Positions 25,254 through 43,085 of a stretch of DNA of 64,000 nt are shown here, in pieces. How positions within the stretch are numbered: position 1 is the stretch's first letter; each line of letters starts with the position of its first letter. The notes beneath the pieces are model-generated. The model made no database searches. It had not been told where the DNA came from and saw only the letters and a list, made by a program, of their open reading frames with translations. The stretch lies in NCBI RefSeq assembly GCF_009914755.1, contig NC_060932.1; one strand, 5' to 3'. The DNA is from the human T2T-CHM13v2.0 reference genome, Homo sapiens. The position numbers and the translations under genes are program-made.

Positions 25254-26755
25254 ACCCACATAATCAACTGATCTTTGACAAAGATGTGAAGGCACTATAA
25301 TGGAATTATAGTATGACATAGTTTCACCGAAATATGCTGGAACAACTGGGCATCCTCATTTAAAAATAATAAATCTAGGTACATACCTTATGCCCTTCAT
25401 AACAATTAATTCAAAATGGGTCAGAGACCTAAATGTAAAAGGCAAAACTGTAAAACTAGAAAATAACATAGTAGAAAATCTAGATCACCTCGAGTTTGGT
25501 GATAACGTTTTGATACAATACCAAAGGCACAATCTATGAAAAGAAGAAAAAGAAGCTAAACTTAATGAAAATTAAAAACTTCTGCTCTGCAAAAGGCATT
25601 GTCAAGAGAACATAAAGACAAGAGGCACTGACTGGGTAAAAATATTTGCAAAAGGCATATCTGATTAAAGACTATCATCCAAAATATATAAAGAACCCTT
25701 AAAATTCAACAATAAGAAAACAAAGGATCCAATTAAAAATTGGACCAAAGATCTTAACAGATACCTCACCAAGGAAGACATACAGATAGAAAATAAGCAC
25801 TTGAAAATGTGCTCCACATCATTTGTCATTCAGAAAATTGCAAATTAAAACAGCAATGAGATGTTACTACACACCTGTTAGAAGGGCCAAAATCCAGAAC
25901 ACTGACAGCACCAAATGCTGGCAAGGATTTGGAGCAACAGCAGCTCTCATTCATTCCTGGTAGGAATGCGAAATAGTACAGTCACTTTGGAAAACAGTTT
26001 GGCAGTTTCTTATAAAACTAAATATACTTTTACCATATAATTCGGCAATTGCACTCCTTGGTATTTACCCAAATGAACTGAAAATGTATGTCTACACAAA
26101 AACCTGCACATGGATGTTTATAGCAGCTTTATTCATAATTTTCAAACCTCGGAAGAAACTAAGATGTTCTTCAGTAGGTTAATGGATAAATAAATTATGG
26201 TGCAGCCATGAAACTGAGTATTTTTTAGCACTATAAAAAGTGAACTAGCAAGCCCTGAAAAGATGAGAGGCAGCGAAGAGGAGGAGACACCTTAAGTGCA
26301 TATTACTAGGTGAAATAAACCAATCTGAAAAGACTAGGTACTGTATGATTCTAACTACATGACACTAGAAAAGGCAAAACTACAAAGAATGTGAAAGAAT
26401 CAGTGTTTGCCAGGGCTTGAGGAGGGAGGAATCAATCCCTGGAGCACAGAGGATTGTTAGGACAGTGAAACAATTCTGTTCAATACTGTAATAGTGGATA
26501 TATGTCATTATACATTTGTCCAAATTCTTAGAATGTAAAAGCACAAAGAATGTGCCCTAATGCAAACTATGGACTTTGGGTGATGATGATGTGTTAATGT
26601 AGGTCCATCAGTTGTAACAGATGAACCCCTGGGGGATGTTGATAATGGCAGAGGTGGTGTGTGTGGGGGGCAGGAGGTACACAGGGAATCTCTGTACTTT
26701 CTGCTCAGTTTCGCTGTGAACATAATACTGCTCTAAAAAACAAATTCTATGAAAA
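25254..26755 (+). mobile_element. L1MC1/2-like LINE 3' 1.5 kb
   Basis: caactgatctttgacaaag..gggggatgttgataatgg..ctctgtactttctgctcagtttcgctgtgaac..ctgctctaaaaaa; degenerate TSD aaaaatatggaatt/aaaaacgtgaaatt. Confidence 0.85.
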
Positions 26756-27964
26756 ACGTGAAATTCCTCATGAAGTCAGGGATAAAGCAAAATTGTTATG
26801 CTTTCTGCAACTTTCAACCAATGCAATATGACGCATAAATGATGGATTGAGGAAAACCAAACCATGATCATTTGTAATTAATTCTCTTATACATTAAGAA
26901 AAATCTAGGAAGCAAACTATCATAATTAATAAGTATTTGGTAACATGGCTTATATTAATATTGTGAAGAAAAATAGCCTTACTAACTGGGTGCAGGAATT
27001 GTGTCTTACTTTATTTTACATCCCAGTGCCTGGAATAATGTATCCAACAAATATTTGTTGGTGGAAAAGATATTCCCTCATATATCCTGACTGAATATTA
27101 AGAAAATCATAAATGAACAAAATATTTATGGATAAAAGTTGGCCCATAACTTACAGAGAGAGGTAATGGAATAAAGGATATTATAATCTACTAATTGGCT
27201 TTCTAATAATCAGAGGTTGCTGTATTTTAAGAGATTTGATGTCACATACTGTATTACCTCAGAAGCTAAATTGTACTTGTTGGTATTAGGTTTGGATCTA
27301 GTGAGATTAATGTCATCCAATAAATTTGTAGCTAAATCAACACAGGCAACATGATACCCTGCCTCCTAATCTTTACTATTTTTTGGGAAAATGCTGTAAT
27401 GGAAAGGCAATGATCACTGGATTTTTTTTTGTGGAATGGGTGGGAGGGCAGAAAGGGAGTGAAGGAGGGCATAGTTGAGGTCATGCATAAAATCTATTAA
27501 ACTAAAAATTCTCTGGTACCATAGCACTTAATTAATCCTTGGCATTAAGATATATTTTTGGTTGGATTTTCCTTGTTTATTGGATATTTTGACATGCAAA
27601 TAAACTAGTGAAACTAATTTAAGATCTCCATGTGTCTATCCTCAAAGCACTCTGGCCACAGGAGTAAAATGTTGCACAGTGATATCTCTCAGGAAACATT
27701 CACCAACATACTACATATCTCCAGATGTTTACCATTTGTGAGTGTTTTAAAAATGAAAACTCCCATCTGTGTTTCTTATCGTCAATCAGAGTCTATCGCC
27801 AACAGCTGAAGGTATCCCGAGGCTAGTCTCCTAAGGCTTTGTTCATCGAAAAAAGACAAAGAAGAAAAGGATTATTATTTTCTTCTTCTTTGCTTCATTG
27901 GCAGCAAGTTTTATGTTTCCCTGCAATGAATAATAAAATATTCAAGACTAACATTATTATCTAT

Positions 27965-28334
27965 TATATATGTTCACTAAGGCTGCCATAATAACGTACT
28001 GTAGGGTGGGTGGTTTAAACAACATTTCTGGAGGATAAACATCCAAGATCAAGGTGTCGGCAGGGTTGGTTTCTCCTGGAGCCTGTCTCACAGATGGCCA
28101 CAGGTGGCCGCCTTTTCACTATATCTTTACATGGTGTTCTCTCTGCAGATGTCTGTGTCCACATTTCTTCTTCTAAGGACACCAGTGACACTGGGTTAGG
28201 GCCTACTCTAATGGACCTAATTTTATCTTTACTTTCTCAAAGACCCCTATCTCCAAATACAGTCACATTCTAAGGTACTGGGAGTTAGGACTTCAACATA
28301 TGAAATTTGGGGAAAAATTTTTCAGCCCATGACA
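27965..28334 (-). mobile_element. MaLR solo LTR, MLT1B/C-like
   Basis: aggctgccataataa..ccaagatcaaggtgtcggcagggttggtttct..ccaaatacagtcacattctaaggtactgggagttaggacttcaacatatgaa. Confidence 0.85.
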
Positions 28335-28749
28335 CCTACTTGACGTTCACTTTGAGGCCTGAAAAATCCAGATTTATTGTAAAGTTAAATCATTTCTTGT
28401 ACCTTGTAAATGAACCTACAAGACTGTTGAATATCAAAATCTGGAATCTGGAGAAATCTGTCCTATTATTTCTTACCCGCTGCTTTTGTCATCAACAAGA
28501 GCAATGATTAATGTCATTTAGAAGGTAGCATATGTGTGTAGTCTTGATTATGTTTTGGCAAAGGTCATAGCTAAGATACGTTCAAAAGGATGTGGTTGAG
28601 ATGTTCAACAAGACTCTAATGAAGATGAATTATAGAGCGACTTTGGAAGTCTGTGTGGTCAGAGAGGCCAGTGAAGTTCCTAAAAGTGAGGTAAACAGAA
28701 CTTTCTGGTCAAAAAATGAACAGATAGTAGGAAACAATATAGTAGTTTT

Positions 28750-30420
28750 TATTAATTTATTCACTCTCATTCATTCAACAAGCTTTTACTGTGTGCTGGG
28801 CAGAGAAGTAGACACCAAATGCAGAAAAAAAAACAATAAAACTTGGACTCTGTCTTCAAGTTCTGTACTCTGTATGTGGGAAAGAAAGATGTGTCAAGCA
28901 AAAATTATAATACCATGTGAAAGAAATGAGTATAATAGAAACATTGAGAAAATTAGCCAAACCACTCTAGAGCTATGTAGAGATGAAGGCTGTGGTAATA
29001 AAAGCGATCTTCTAGGAGAGACAGAGGGTAAAAAGAGAAAACTAAGCATGTAAACTTGAGGAACCTCAAGTGAGCCAAACCACTCTAGAGCTATGGGGAG
29101 AGGGTTAAAGAGCCTTGAATTTTGGATAGAATTTCTCTGATGGCAAAGATGCAGATGATGAGAGGATGGAGAGAGAATTCTTAAGTGGAGGGAACAGTGT
29201 GAGCAAAGGCATAATGCTAAGGAACAGCATGATGTGTGGACGGAAATTGGAAGTAGCCACTCCATGATACTAGATCATAGGCAGAAGCAGGGAAAGAAAT
29301 TGAGAATCAGGCAGGGTATGAAACATGCAGCACCTCCTATGACATTTGAAGGAGTTAAGATGTGTTCTGTAGGCAAGGAAGGTCTGGGTATGACATGGTC
29401 AGATGCACATATACCTTGGATCATGTGGCAGCTGTCTCAAAGATAGGTCTGATGGGGGGGATGAGATAAGAAATAAGGAGAAGAGTTGAAGGCATTTGCA
29501 GCAATCCAACAGAGGAAGGATGAATGTTTCAACCCAAAATGTTAATAGTACGGATGAAGTGAAACAAGTGACTATAAGAAATACTTGGAGCTGAGCACAG
29601 TGGCTCACACTTGTAATCCCAGCATTTTGGGGGGCCAAGGGAGGAAGATCACTTGAGTTCAGGACTTCAAATCTGCCTGGGCAACATAGTGAGATTCCCA
29701 TCTTGACAAAAGTATAAAAATAAAACATTAGCTGGGTGCAGTGGTACTGGCCTGTAGTCTTAACTATTCTGAAGTCTGAAGCAGGAGGATTGCTTGAGCC
29801 CAGGAGTTTGAGGTTGCAGTGAACTTTGATTGCACCACTGAACTCCAGCCTGGATGACAGAGAGAGATTCCATCTCAAACAAACAAACAAACAAAAACTT
29901 TGGACATATAGGTTGGAAGTAAGAGAGAGGAGAGTTGAGAGTGGAATAGGAGTCAAAACAATCCCTAACTTCTGTGTTATATATTCAAGTGCCCAGTGAC
30001 TGTATGGGGCTAAGCTCCCTGGAGGTGTATCTAGGGGTTACTAGTATGCACGTGATAGTTGAAACCCTTGGTAATGAAAATGATCTTCCAGGAGAGAACA
30101 GAGAATAAGAAAACTAAGAATGTAAACTTGAAGAATCTCGAAATGAACTTCATGAAAGAGAATTCACAAAGAGCTACAAGGAAATCAAGAAATTGGTGTG
30201 GTCACAGAAGCCAAGGGTATAAAGAGTTTTAAGAGAAGTTGGTAATCATTGGTGTCAAACTAAGATGGAGTCTGAGTAGTCTCATTGGGTTTGGCATTTG
30301 GTAAATTACTAGCTCTATTGAGAACACAGTGTGCTGAAGGCAGTATTCAGTTTGCAGTAGATAGAAAAATTGATAGTGGGTAAGAAAATGGAGAAAACTC
30401 CATTGGATAGCCTGGATGAC
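28750..30420 (-). mobile_element. L2 LINE remnant, interrupted by AluJ
   Basis: tcattcattcaacaag..actgtgtgctggg; gagggaacagtgtgagcaaaggc; gtggtcacagaagccaaggg. Confidence 0.7.
29589..29897 (+). mobile_element. AluJ
   Basis: Dimeric Alu with ggaggattgcttgagcccaggagtttgagg; (CAAA)n tail. Confidence 0.92.
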
Positions 30421-31561
30421 TTTTCCAGGGAAAATGCTGAAGTTCTCCATGTACCATTAATATCCTTCCTTAGTTTTGGAGGCCTGTGGGCCTCAAGGGA
30501 GAAACAAGTCAGATAAGTACTAGTTATGGTCCAGCCACTAGTTTCCAGGAAGGTGGGAGGTGATGAGTTCAAACACAACAAAGCCAGGCAAGTGGAGCCA
30601 GGTGGAGATAAAGAATGAAGCAAAAGACGTGGAACAGAAGGGAGTTTCTGCCAATTCCAAGATTCACCCAAATGCAATTAGGGATAGATAAGGGCTGAGG
30701 CTGAGCATGGATCAAGTGCATCGTTATCTCTCACATTCACTCAGGAAAAACTAATGAATATAGAATTGAAGACCAGTCTCACATGTGAATTTCTGATGTC
30801 TGCAGCAGTATACTTATGTAATTTTGAGATATATGCAATATGGAATTTTTTAATTTACAGAAATAAGCCTCAACATAATTTTTTGCAAGAGTTTTTAGTA
30901 TGCAGTTCAGTTATTTCTAGGAGCTCTGGAAGAGCGGATGCATGAGAAATGGAGGTGGGCAGGAAAAGAGTAATTCATGAAGCTAATTATGTGGAGCAGT
31001 GCACTGGAGAATGTACTGTTTGTGGCACTACATGTACCAAGAGTTAGTGTTGACACTTCTATATAAACAGTGGTTATATTATTTATGTAGTGATTCTCTC
31101 AAATGAGGTACTACCTGGCTCTCTGATTCATTCCTAGGGGATAATCGAATGCATGTTAGTATAGTAAACCTATATTAAGACCTTAGAAATCTGCATGATA
31201 TTAAAATCTAATGTAATCATATTTGAACTTAGATAATTAAAGACAGGCAAACTTTCATAAATTCTTGGCTTCATTTGCATACTCAGCAACAAGTCTTAGG
31301 TATCTACTAAGCTTTAGGAAGTGCAGCCACTAAGCCAGAGCCATAGAAGGAGGTGGAAGATATTATTATGCCTTTCTCCGTTTTTAAGTTAGTTGGGAAC
31401 ACCTGAAAACTATAAAAAAACAGTCAGGGACTAAGTAAAAGTAACTAATGAGGGAATGTTAGTGTCAAGTACATTTTATTTATGTATTCCAATGATGAAA
31501 AACAAGGATTAACTAGAAAAAAAATTGGATTAATTCATGTTTTCTGGTTACAGTGAATCTT

Positions 31562-31866
<305 letters not shown>

Positions 31867-32896
31867 TACAGTGAATCTTAAGATGAGTTTTCAAGGGGAT
31901 GACTATTCAGATAGACATTAGGGAAATCGTATGAGCAAAGGTGTAGAGATGGAAGCAAGAAATGTTTTGGCAGAAATATGAAAACTGATGAGCTTTTTAC
32001 ATGAAACATAGGACTGACTGCTATATTTGTTCTCCTTGGTTGTCAATTCAGTTCAACTGCATTTCTTTTGGAAAAAGGGAAATCAGAGAAATCCTTAGGC
32101 TTGGGTAAAATACTTTGATTTCAAGAGGTCCTCTCTAGGATTGTTAGCCCACAAGAAATGGATGCATTTCATAAATACTTTTATACCTTTAGAGTCAGTT
32201 AATATTGTAACCATAAAGCATTCATGTCATAGAAATTAATACACAGCATTATTTAAGTCAGATAGGAAGAAAAACCACTCCTTGTAGTTGCTAGTCTTCA
32301 AAATTAAGCTGAAAGATTATGCTCTTTTCCCTCAAGTTTTATAAGCTTTTATTTTGTAGTGATATGAACTTATGTCAGTATCAACTAGTTTATAGAAACC
32401 TCCACTTCTGAGATAGATTGTCATATGGTTGGTAACTACTGTTTATAGAGTTTAAATCTGCTAACAATTTTGATTAAGGGGTAAAGTGAAAATGCATGTT
32501 AGTTAAGTCTCCAGCTTCAATTGTCCATGTACTTACAAACAACAAGCAGTGAGCAGTGGCCCCCAAGAGGGAAAACACCTACAGTGAAATCTTGTACCTC
32601 AGTGAGTCAGAAGAGAAAAGCTTTGTTTTTCACATTAACTTTAGATTAATGTGGCTTTGTTTTCAAATACCATATGCCAAGTTTAATGTCTGTTGCCTTT
32701 TCCTGGAAAGTTCAGAAAATCAAACTTGTGAAAGATCACTTGGGACATGAAGCATGCTGGGCAGGGTATCTGTGAAATGAACATGCAGGATGATGGAACG
32801 CTCTTCCCATAGCTTTAGGGAGGTAGGACGGTCATCTCGTATCATTATCTGCAACTGCCTCCACCTCTCATTCATTATCACTTCCCAAACTAATAT

Positions 32897-33145
32897 CACT
32901 AACATTTATGGGCTGCTATCTATGTGCCAGACACTACTTCACACCTCTTATGCACTGGCTCACTCAACCAACATAACAATCTTGAGTTAGCCAGTTCTTT
33001 TCCACATTTTGTTTATGGGCAAGCTGAGACTCTGAGATGTTAAACAACTTGCCCCAAATCACACAGCTAACAAGAAGGGTAAACAGAATTTGAATCTCAG
33101 TAGTCTAGCTCCAGAGGTGACACTCTGAACCACTAGACCATATCA
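32897..33145 (-). mobile_element. MIR SINE, near full length
   Basis: ctaacatttat..tatgtgccagacact..gttaaacaacttgccccaaatcacacagcta..gtctagctccagag..aaccactagaccat. Confidence 0.85.
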
Positions 33146-34208
33146 CCTTTCCAGTATTCTGACATAATATAGAAATAATATCTTGCCCCGGCTCAAGAAA
33201 ACCTTTTGATTGATTATTTCAAACTATATTGCCATTTAAGATTGTTTATAGTTAAATATCACTTTACTCATCCAATTGTATTTCTCATCAGGACCTTTTA
33301 CATATTTATACATTCAATGAACATTTATTAAACATCTATCATATGCCAAGACCTATAATATGGCACTAGGCATACAAATATGCTATAGTTACTGATTTTT
33401 AGAAAATAAAATATCAATGAAAACATGGACATATAGATCAATTATTATGTTAGTCCTTTCCTCACCTCATTACCTCATTACTTATGTATTTTTTCTCTAT
33501 GTGTGTCTGAACTGTTTGCTGACATGGTTCTTTTTGAGAATCTTATAGATCTGTTTGAATTAATAAATTTAAATAATAACAGTGATAAATGATAAATCAA
33601 CATCCAGGTTAAAATTCCCATGCTTAGAAAAACGTAATTTCTAGTTATCTTATAAGGTGCTGACCAGTCGAGAATTGGCTGGCTTTGTTTCTAGCACCAT
33701 TAATGCTCCATCCACTTGAATATATATTGGTGGTTTTGCAGTATACAAAGTATGGCTATTTTCTCATATGGGAACATTGAGAATATGTATTTTTCTTCTA
33801 GAAAGATGCAGTATTACTGAACACACATAGCTGGTGGGTTTCAGTGAGATTAAAGGAAAGTGGAAATAACATACATTGTTGAAATTAAACTTGATGGTAC
33901 AAGAGGAGACAGTAATGGGAATTCTTGCCCTGTGGTCTGAATTTATCTTGTGGAGAAGACTTTTATAATATCTTTTATTTTATGCCTTTTTCTTTTTATT
34001 TTATTTTATTATACTTTAAGTTTTAGGGTACATGTGCACAATGTGCAGGTTAGTTACATATGTATACATGTGCCATGCTGGTGTGTTGCACCAATTAACT
34101 CGTCATTTAGCATTAGGTATATCTCCCAATTCCATCCCTCCCCCTCCCCCCACACAACAGTCCCCAGAGTGTGATATTCCCCTTCCTGTGTCCATGTGTT
34201 CTCATCGT

Positions 34209-38028
<3,820 letters not shown>

Positions 38029-38090
38029 TATGATGTTAGCTGTTATTTTGCTCGTTAGTTGATGCAGTTTCTTCCTAGCCTCGATGGTCT

Positions 38091-38702
38091 TTACAATTTG
38101 GCATGATTTTGCAGTGGCTGGTACTGGTTGTTCCTTTCCATATTTAGTGCTTCCTTCAGGAGCTCTTGTAGGGCAGGCCTTGTGGTGACAAAATCTCTCA
38201 GCATTTGCTTGTCTGTAAAGTATTTTATTTCTCCTTCACTTATGAAGCTTAGTTTGGCTGGATATGAAATTCTGGGTTGAAAATTCTTTTCTTTAAGAAT
38301 GTTGAATATTGGCCCTCACTCTGTTCTGGCTTGTAGAGTTTCTGCTGAGAGATCCGCTGTTAGTCTGATGGGCTTCCCTTTGTGGGTAACCCGACCTTTC
38401 TCTCTGGCTGCCCTTAACATTTTTTCCTTCATTTCAACTTTGGTGAATCTGACAATTATGTGTCTTGGAGTTGTTCTTCTCGAGGAGTATCTTTGTGGAG
38501 TTCTCTGTATTTCCTGAATCTGAATGTTGGCCTGCCTTGCTAGATTGGGGAAGTTCTCCTGGATAATATCCTGCAGAGTGTTTTCCAACTTGATTCCATT
38601 CTCCCCGTCACTTTCAGGTACACCAATCAGATGTAGATTTGGTCTTTTCACATAGTCCCATATTTCTTGGAGGCTTTGTTCGTTTCTTTTTATTCTTTTT
38701 TC
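38091..38702 (-). pseudogene. L1 ORF1 C-terminal part, disrupted
   Basis: ORF 38316-38651 KRPNL.LIGVPESDGENG..TPRHIIVRFTKVEMKEKMLRAAREKG, ending in a premature stop. Confidence 0.92.
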
Positions 38703-39061
38703 TTTTATGCCTTTTTCTATTGTGTTTTTTTATTTGGACCATCTATACCCTTCCTATTTACCAATTTAAAATTCATCTTCAAATCTTACTATCATCTTGT
38801 CTTGAATGTCTCAAATGGATATCAATTTTCTTAAAATAATTTTAAGGGATGTTTAAACTCATGGTCTCTCTCTTTTTTCTTAGTAAAATTGCAAAAGTAA
38901 TGATAAAAGTTATGCCACTGACATAAATACTTAAGGCCTTTCATTCCATGGTAAGAATAACATTAGTTTATTCTTTAGATATTTTGCTCTCCCATTTTCC
39001 TCTTTCCCATTTCTTTATCTAAATATAGTTCTTTACTTTTGCCAAAGGTTGAACATCTTAT

Positions 39062-39369
39062 TATTATTTTGAAGATAGGGTCTTTCTCTGTCACCCAGGC
39101 TGGAGTGCAGTGGTGTGATCTTGGCTCACTGAAACCTGCTTCCCAGGCTCAACAGATCCTCCCACCTCAGCTTCCCAAGTAGCTGGAACCACAGATGCAC
39201 AACACAACGCTCTACTAATTTTTAAATTTTCTGTAGAGACAGGGCCTCTCTATTTTGCTCAGGTGGTCTGAAACTCCTGGGCTCAAGTGAAACTCCTGGG
39301 CTCAAGTAATCCTCCTGCCTCAGCTTCCCAAAGTGCTGGGATTATAAGCATGCACCACTCTACCTGGCC
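39062..39369 (-). mobile_element. AluJ with an internal 19-bp tandem duplication
   Basis: Alu body with gatcctcccacctcagc; tgaaactcctgggctcaag twice at 39269-39306. Confidence 0.92.
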
Positions 39370-39748
39370 TTTTATCTAGTACTTTATTTTTACAAATCAA
39401 AATAATGTGAATGAATCTAAGAACTATAAAATCAGCAAATAGCTTAAAAGCTTTTTCTCAAACTAGTGAGAGTTCAAATGGATCTAGAGGGGAGCAGACA
39501 AAAGGCAGATGGTCCTCACATTTGTGTCAGCCTTCAATAATGGATGTTTGAGTAAAAGAATAATAGACAAACATTTAAAATGAAATATTTTAATATATAG
39601 TTAAAGATATAATATCTAATTAAGTTTTAAATACCATGGATAATGTGTTACTGAAGACCAATGGAAAGAGATAGTTACTGAGAGCTAGGGGGATGGAAAA
39701 GTCTTCATGGAGGGCTGATGTTTGAGCTGAACTTTAAAGGAGAGGTTG

Positions 39749-40050
39749 GGCTGGGCACTGTGACTCCACCTGTAATCCCAGCACTTTGGGAGGCTGAGGC
39801 CTGGGGATCACTTGAGCTCAGGAGTTTGAGACCAGCCTGGGCAACATGGTGAAATCTCATTTACTACAAATACAGAAATTATCTGGGCATGGTGGCATGT
39901 GCCTATAGTCCCAGCTACTTGAAAAGCTGAGGTGGGAGGATCACTTGAGCCTGGGAGACAGAGGTTTCAGTGAGCCAAGATCACGCCACTGCACTCCAGC
40001 CTGAGTGAGAGACAGACCTTATATCAAATAAATAAAAATAAATACATAAA
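39749..40050 (+). mobile_element. AluJ inserted in an L2 remnant
   Basis: Dimeric Alu; 14-bp TSD taaaggagaggttg at 39735-39748 and 40051-40064. Confidence 0.95.
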
Positions 40051-40789
40051 TAAAGGAGAGGTTGAATTTTTATTGGCAGATAAATCATGAGAGGCTTTTG
40101 CAGATGAGAGGGAAACCTGAGCACGGACAGGCAGGCTGTAATAAACAAGGCATGCAGGGAACCTGGTTATCGTGAACCATAGGGATAATATTTTGCCCTT
40201 GAACCAATGTATTTTTCTAAATTTTGAATCATGTTTTAATTTTATATTATGTTTCTCTGCTGATTTTGACCACAATGAAGCTATCACCTCCAGGAAGAAA
40301 AGGTACCATCTAAAATAAGGAGGTTACTTACTGGTCAGTTTTATGTTTCAAAGCTAACTTCTTTGAGGGCACAGGTACATATTCATCTTAAAGAAAGACC
40401 TGTGGAGAGAGAATTTTGGAATTTTCCTAATTCCACATGTTCTCCCTTTGTATCTCTAATGCAAAGCTCCTCAGAGGTTTAATTATAAATCATAGTCACA
40501 ATTTAGCAAAATACGGATATAAGGAAGGTACCCAGCTGATACAATGAAAGACAAAAGCCCTTATAATTTCTGGCCAGTAGGAAAAAAGGTAAAAAGACAA
40601 AATTAGGTCACAGATAAATGTTCTCATTTACTCCTCAGAATAGAAAACCTGGGTGTGTAGGGTATAGAAATAGTCAGAGTGAAGAGGATTAGAAGTGAAG
40701 AGGAAGGTGACAGAATCTTTACTCAAAAACCTCAGACTGATTGATGGAAAATATGGGAGCTCTTGGGCCATTGATTTCCATTCAGTATT

Positions 40790-41600
40790 CACACATCACG
40801 GAAGTGCAGGGTGAAATGGGGTGAAGAGAAAGAGACTAGCCAGATGGGGTAGGGATAGCACTTCCAACATTTCCTGAGCTCCTATGTGACAGGGAGGAGC
40901 CCCCAGTTCCTGTGTGCTCTGAGCGGGACCTGGAGGATAACTGGAAATTGAGAATAATGGGACTGACTTAATGAGGCGCAAAGGGACCTCACACCAGAGG
41001 GTGTGGCATCCCAGCCTAGGCCAGAGTCCAGGAAGAGGTTGGGGTTGGCATTCAGAGGGTCTGGGAGTGAAGGTGGAGCTGAGTCAGTGGTAGAGGGATG
41101 CGTACCAGGCTCCTGGCCATGCTGAGGACAGGCCGGGTCTAGTCACCAGGGAGAAGAGCTGTATTACCAGAGTGAGCAAGGAACACAAAAGATGGCCTCA
41201 GGTCCTGCACGGAGAGGAGCTCCCTTGCTGTCTACTGCCTTGAGGACACATCGCTTCCCCTTACAGCCAGATGCCACCTAGAGTGGCAAGAAGGAAAAAT
41301 GAAACTTGAAAACAGAAAAGGAGTCTTTTTAGGGATTTTGAACCTAAATTCAACTATATCTGTGTCAAAAAAAAAAAAAGACTAAGTTTACTGGGGAAAA
41401 AAAAAGGAAAAAGAAAATGTTTAAGCCAGAGGAAAAAGAAGATAACTGTAGATGGCAGATATAAGTGTCCATTAATTTAGTTTTAGCTTTTTTTTTTTCC
41501 CCCATTACCCATTAAGATGGAGGTTTGAGAGCAAGGTCAGATTATTTCTAGAAAATAAATTAGATTTTTTATCCATCCTAATTGTAGTTTGTTTTGGGGC
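40790..41600 (+). mobile_element. Possible ancient Gypsy-like LTR (MamGypLTR/LTR88 type)
   Basis: G-rich block followed by gactaagtttact..gtttaagccagagg..agattatttctagaaaataaa. Confidence 0.35.
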
Positions 41601-42542
41601 ACTCTGAAAGTATTTTAGAGATTGTAAATAAGTCAAGCCTCCTGGAATGGAGGGAGTTGTTTATATGCGGAAATAGTGATCCATAGAGTTAGAAATATAT
41701 AAATATTTGCCCAGATGTGGGAACACCAATATATTGAAATTGGATCTGGAAATCTATTCAATATGTTTTATATGAAAAGTGTTCTTCATAATTTCAAAAG
41801 TTCTAGGAGATGTACCCCAGAAGAAGTACAAGATGTGTACTCCTCTGGCTGTGGCTTTATCTAAGCCATGGCTGGAGTCCATCCAGAAATGTTGAGCTGG
41901 GACAGTGGGGACAAAGTGGGGCACGTGGTGCTTTGGTGCTCCAGCAGTCTTTGTGTGTGTGTGTGTCTTCTATGAAAAGCTGCTACAAGCTGACTCCACT
42001 TTTTGTCAGAATATGTTTGTAAAAACCACATGTTGGATCAGAGACTCACAAACTGGATCATATTTTTCCTACCCAAATGATGTTATAATTGTGGTTTGAA
42101 TTTAAGACACAGCATCAATACAACATAGCTGTAATAAACACTACAACACAAAAGAGAAAATTTCAGCCTTTATAAATAATTTAGACTTTTATAAATAATT
42201 TAAAATAGCAAAACTGTAAACTCTATATAAAATATTCTACGGTCAACTTGGTTATGTCATAAATTTGGCCAAATATTAACATTTGATAGCTGTCAGTCTT
42301 TAATTCATAATTTTGCTTGCCATTTTATAACTAGGAAAAATATTTTAGGGAATAATTTGAATGCCCAGGTGTCTTAAGATGGTTTGGAATCTTAACTGTT
42401 TTTCTTCTATATGTAAGTCTCACCTGATCTTCAACTTCGGTTAGTCAAGGCAAAACTGCTCACTGAAGTAATTCTTCAAGACTTCACTAAGAATTTTCTT
42501 CTAAGTAATTTGGGGAAAAGAAAAATTGCTTGAGTGTTGCAT

Positions 42543-43085
42543 TCATTATTTATAGCTGTGTAATAAATGATCATATACTTAGCAGCTTAAAACAACACCC
42601 ATTTATTATCCCACAGTGTCTGTGGGTCAGGACTCTAGGCACAGCTTAACTGGGTCTTCTACTTCAGGCCATCTCACATGGTTGTGATCAAGATTCCAGC
42701 CAGGGCTCATGAGGTCTCTTTTGAAACTCAGCTGGGGAAGGATCTGTCTCCAAGGTCACACAGTTGTTGACAGAATTCAGTTCATTAAGTGTTGTTGAAC
42801 TGTGGGTGTCAGTTCCTAGCTGATCATTGGCCAGAGGCCACCTTCAGTTCCTTGTGGTGTGGCCTCCCCAGTATTGCAACTTGTTTCACACAAGTGTGCA
42901 AGCCAAGAAAGCAATAAAGTATGCCAGCAGAAATGGAAGTCAGTGTCTTGTAACTGAATCACAGAAGTGAAGTCCAATCAACTTGACAGCATTCTTCAGT
43001 TAAAAGCAAGTCACTACATCCAGATGACTTTCAATGAGGGAGGAAAGCAGGGATCATGGGGCCATGTTAAAGTCATCCTGACACA
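42543..43085 (-). mobile_element. MaLR solo LTR, MLT1E/F-like
   Basis: cttagcagcttaaaacaacacccatttattatcccacag..ctgtgggtcagga..gttgttgacagaattcagttc. Confidence 0.8.

Noticed and set aside
29399-29956. 185-aa ORF and similar ORFs at 13459, 31715, 44785, 51563 and 57104
   Set aside because: Translations of Alu sequence
32553-32575. CTCF-like motif (also ~41272-41287)
   Set aside because: Mismatches at core positions; unsupported without ChIP data
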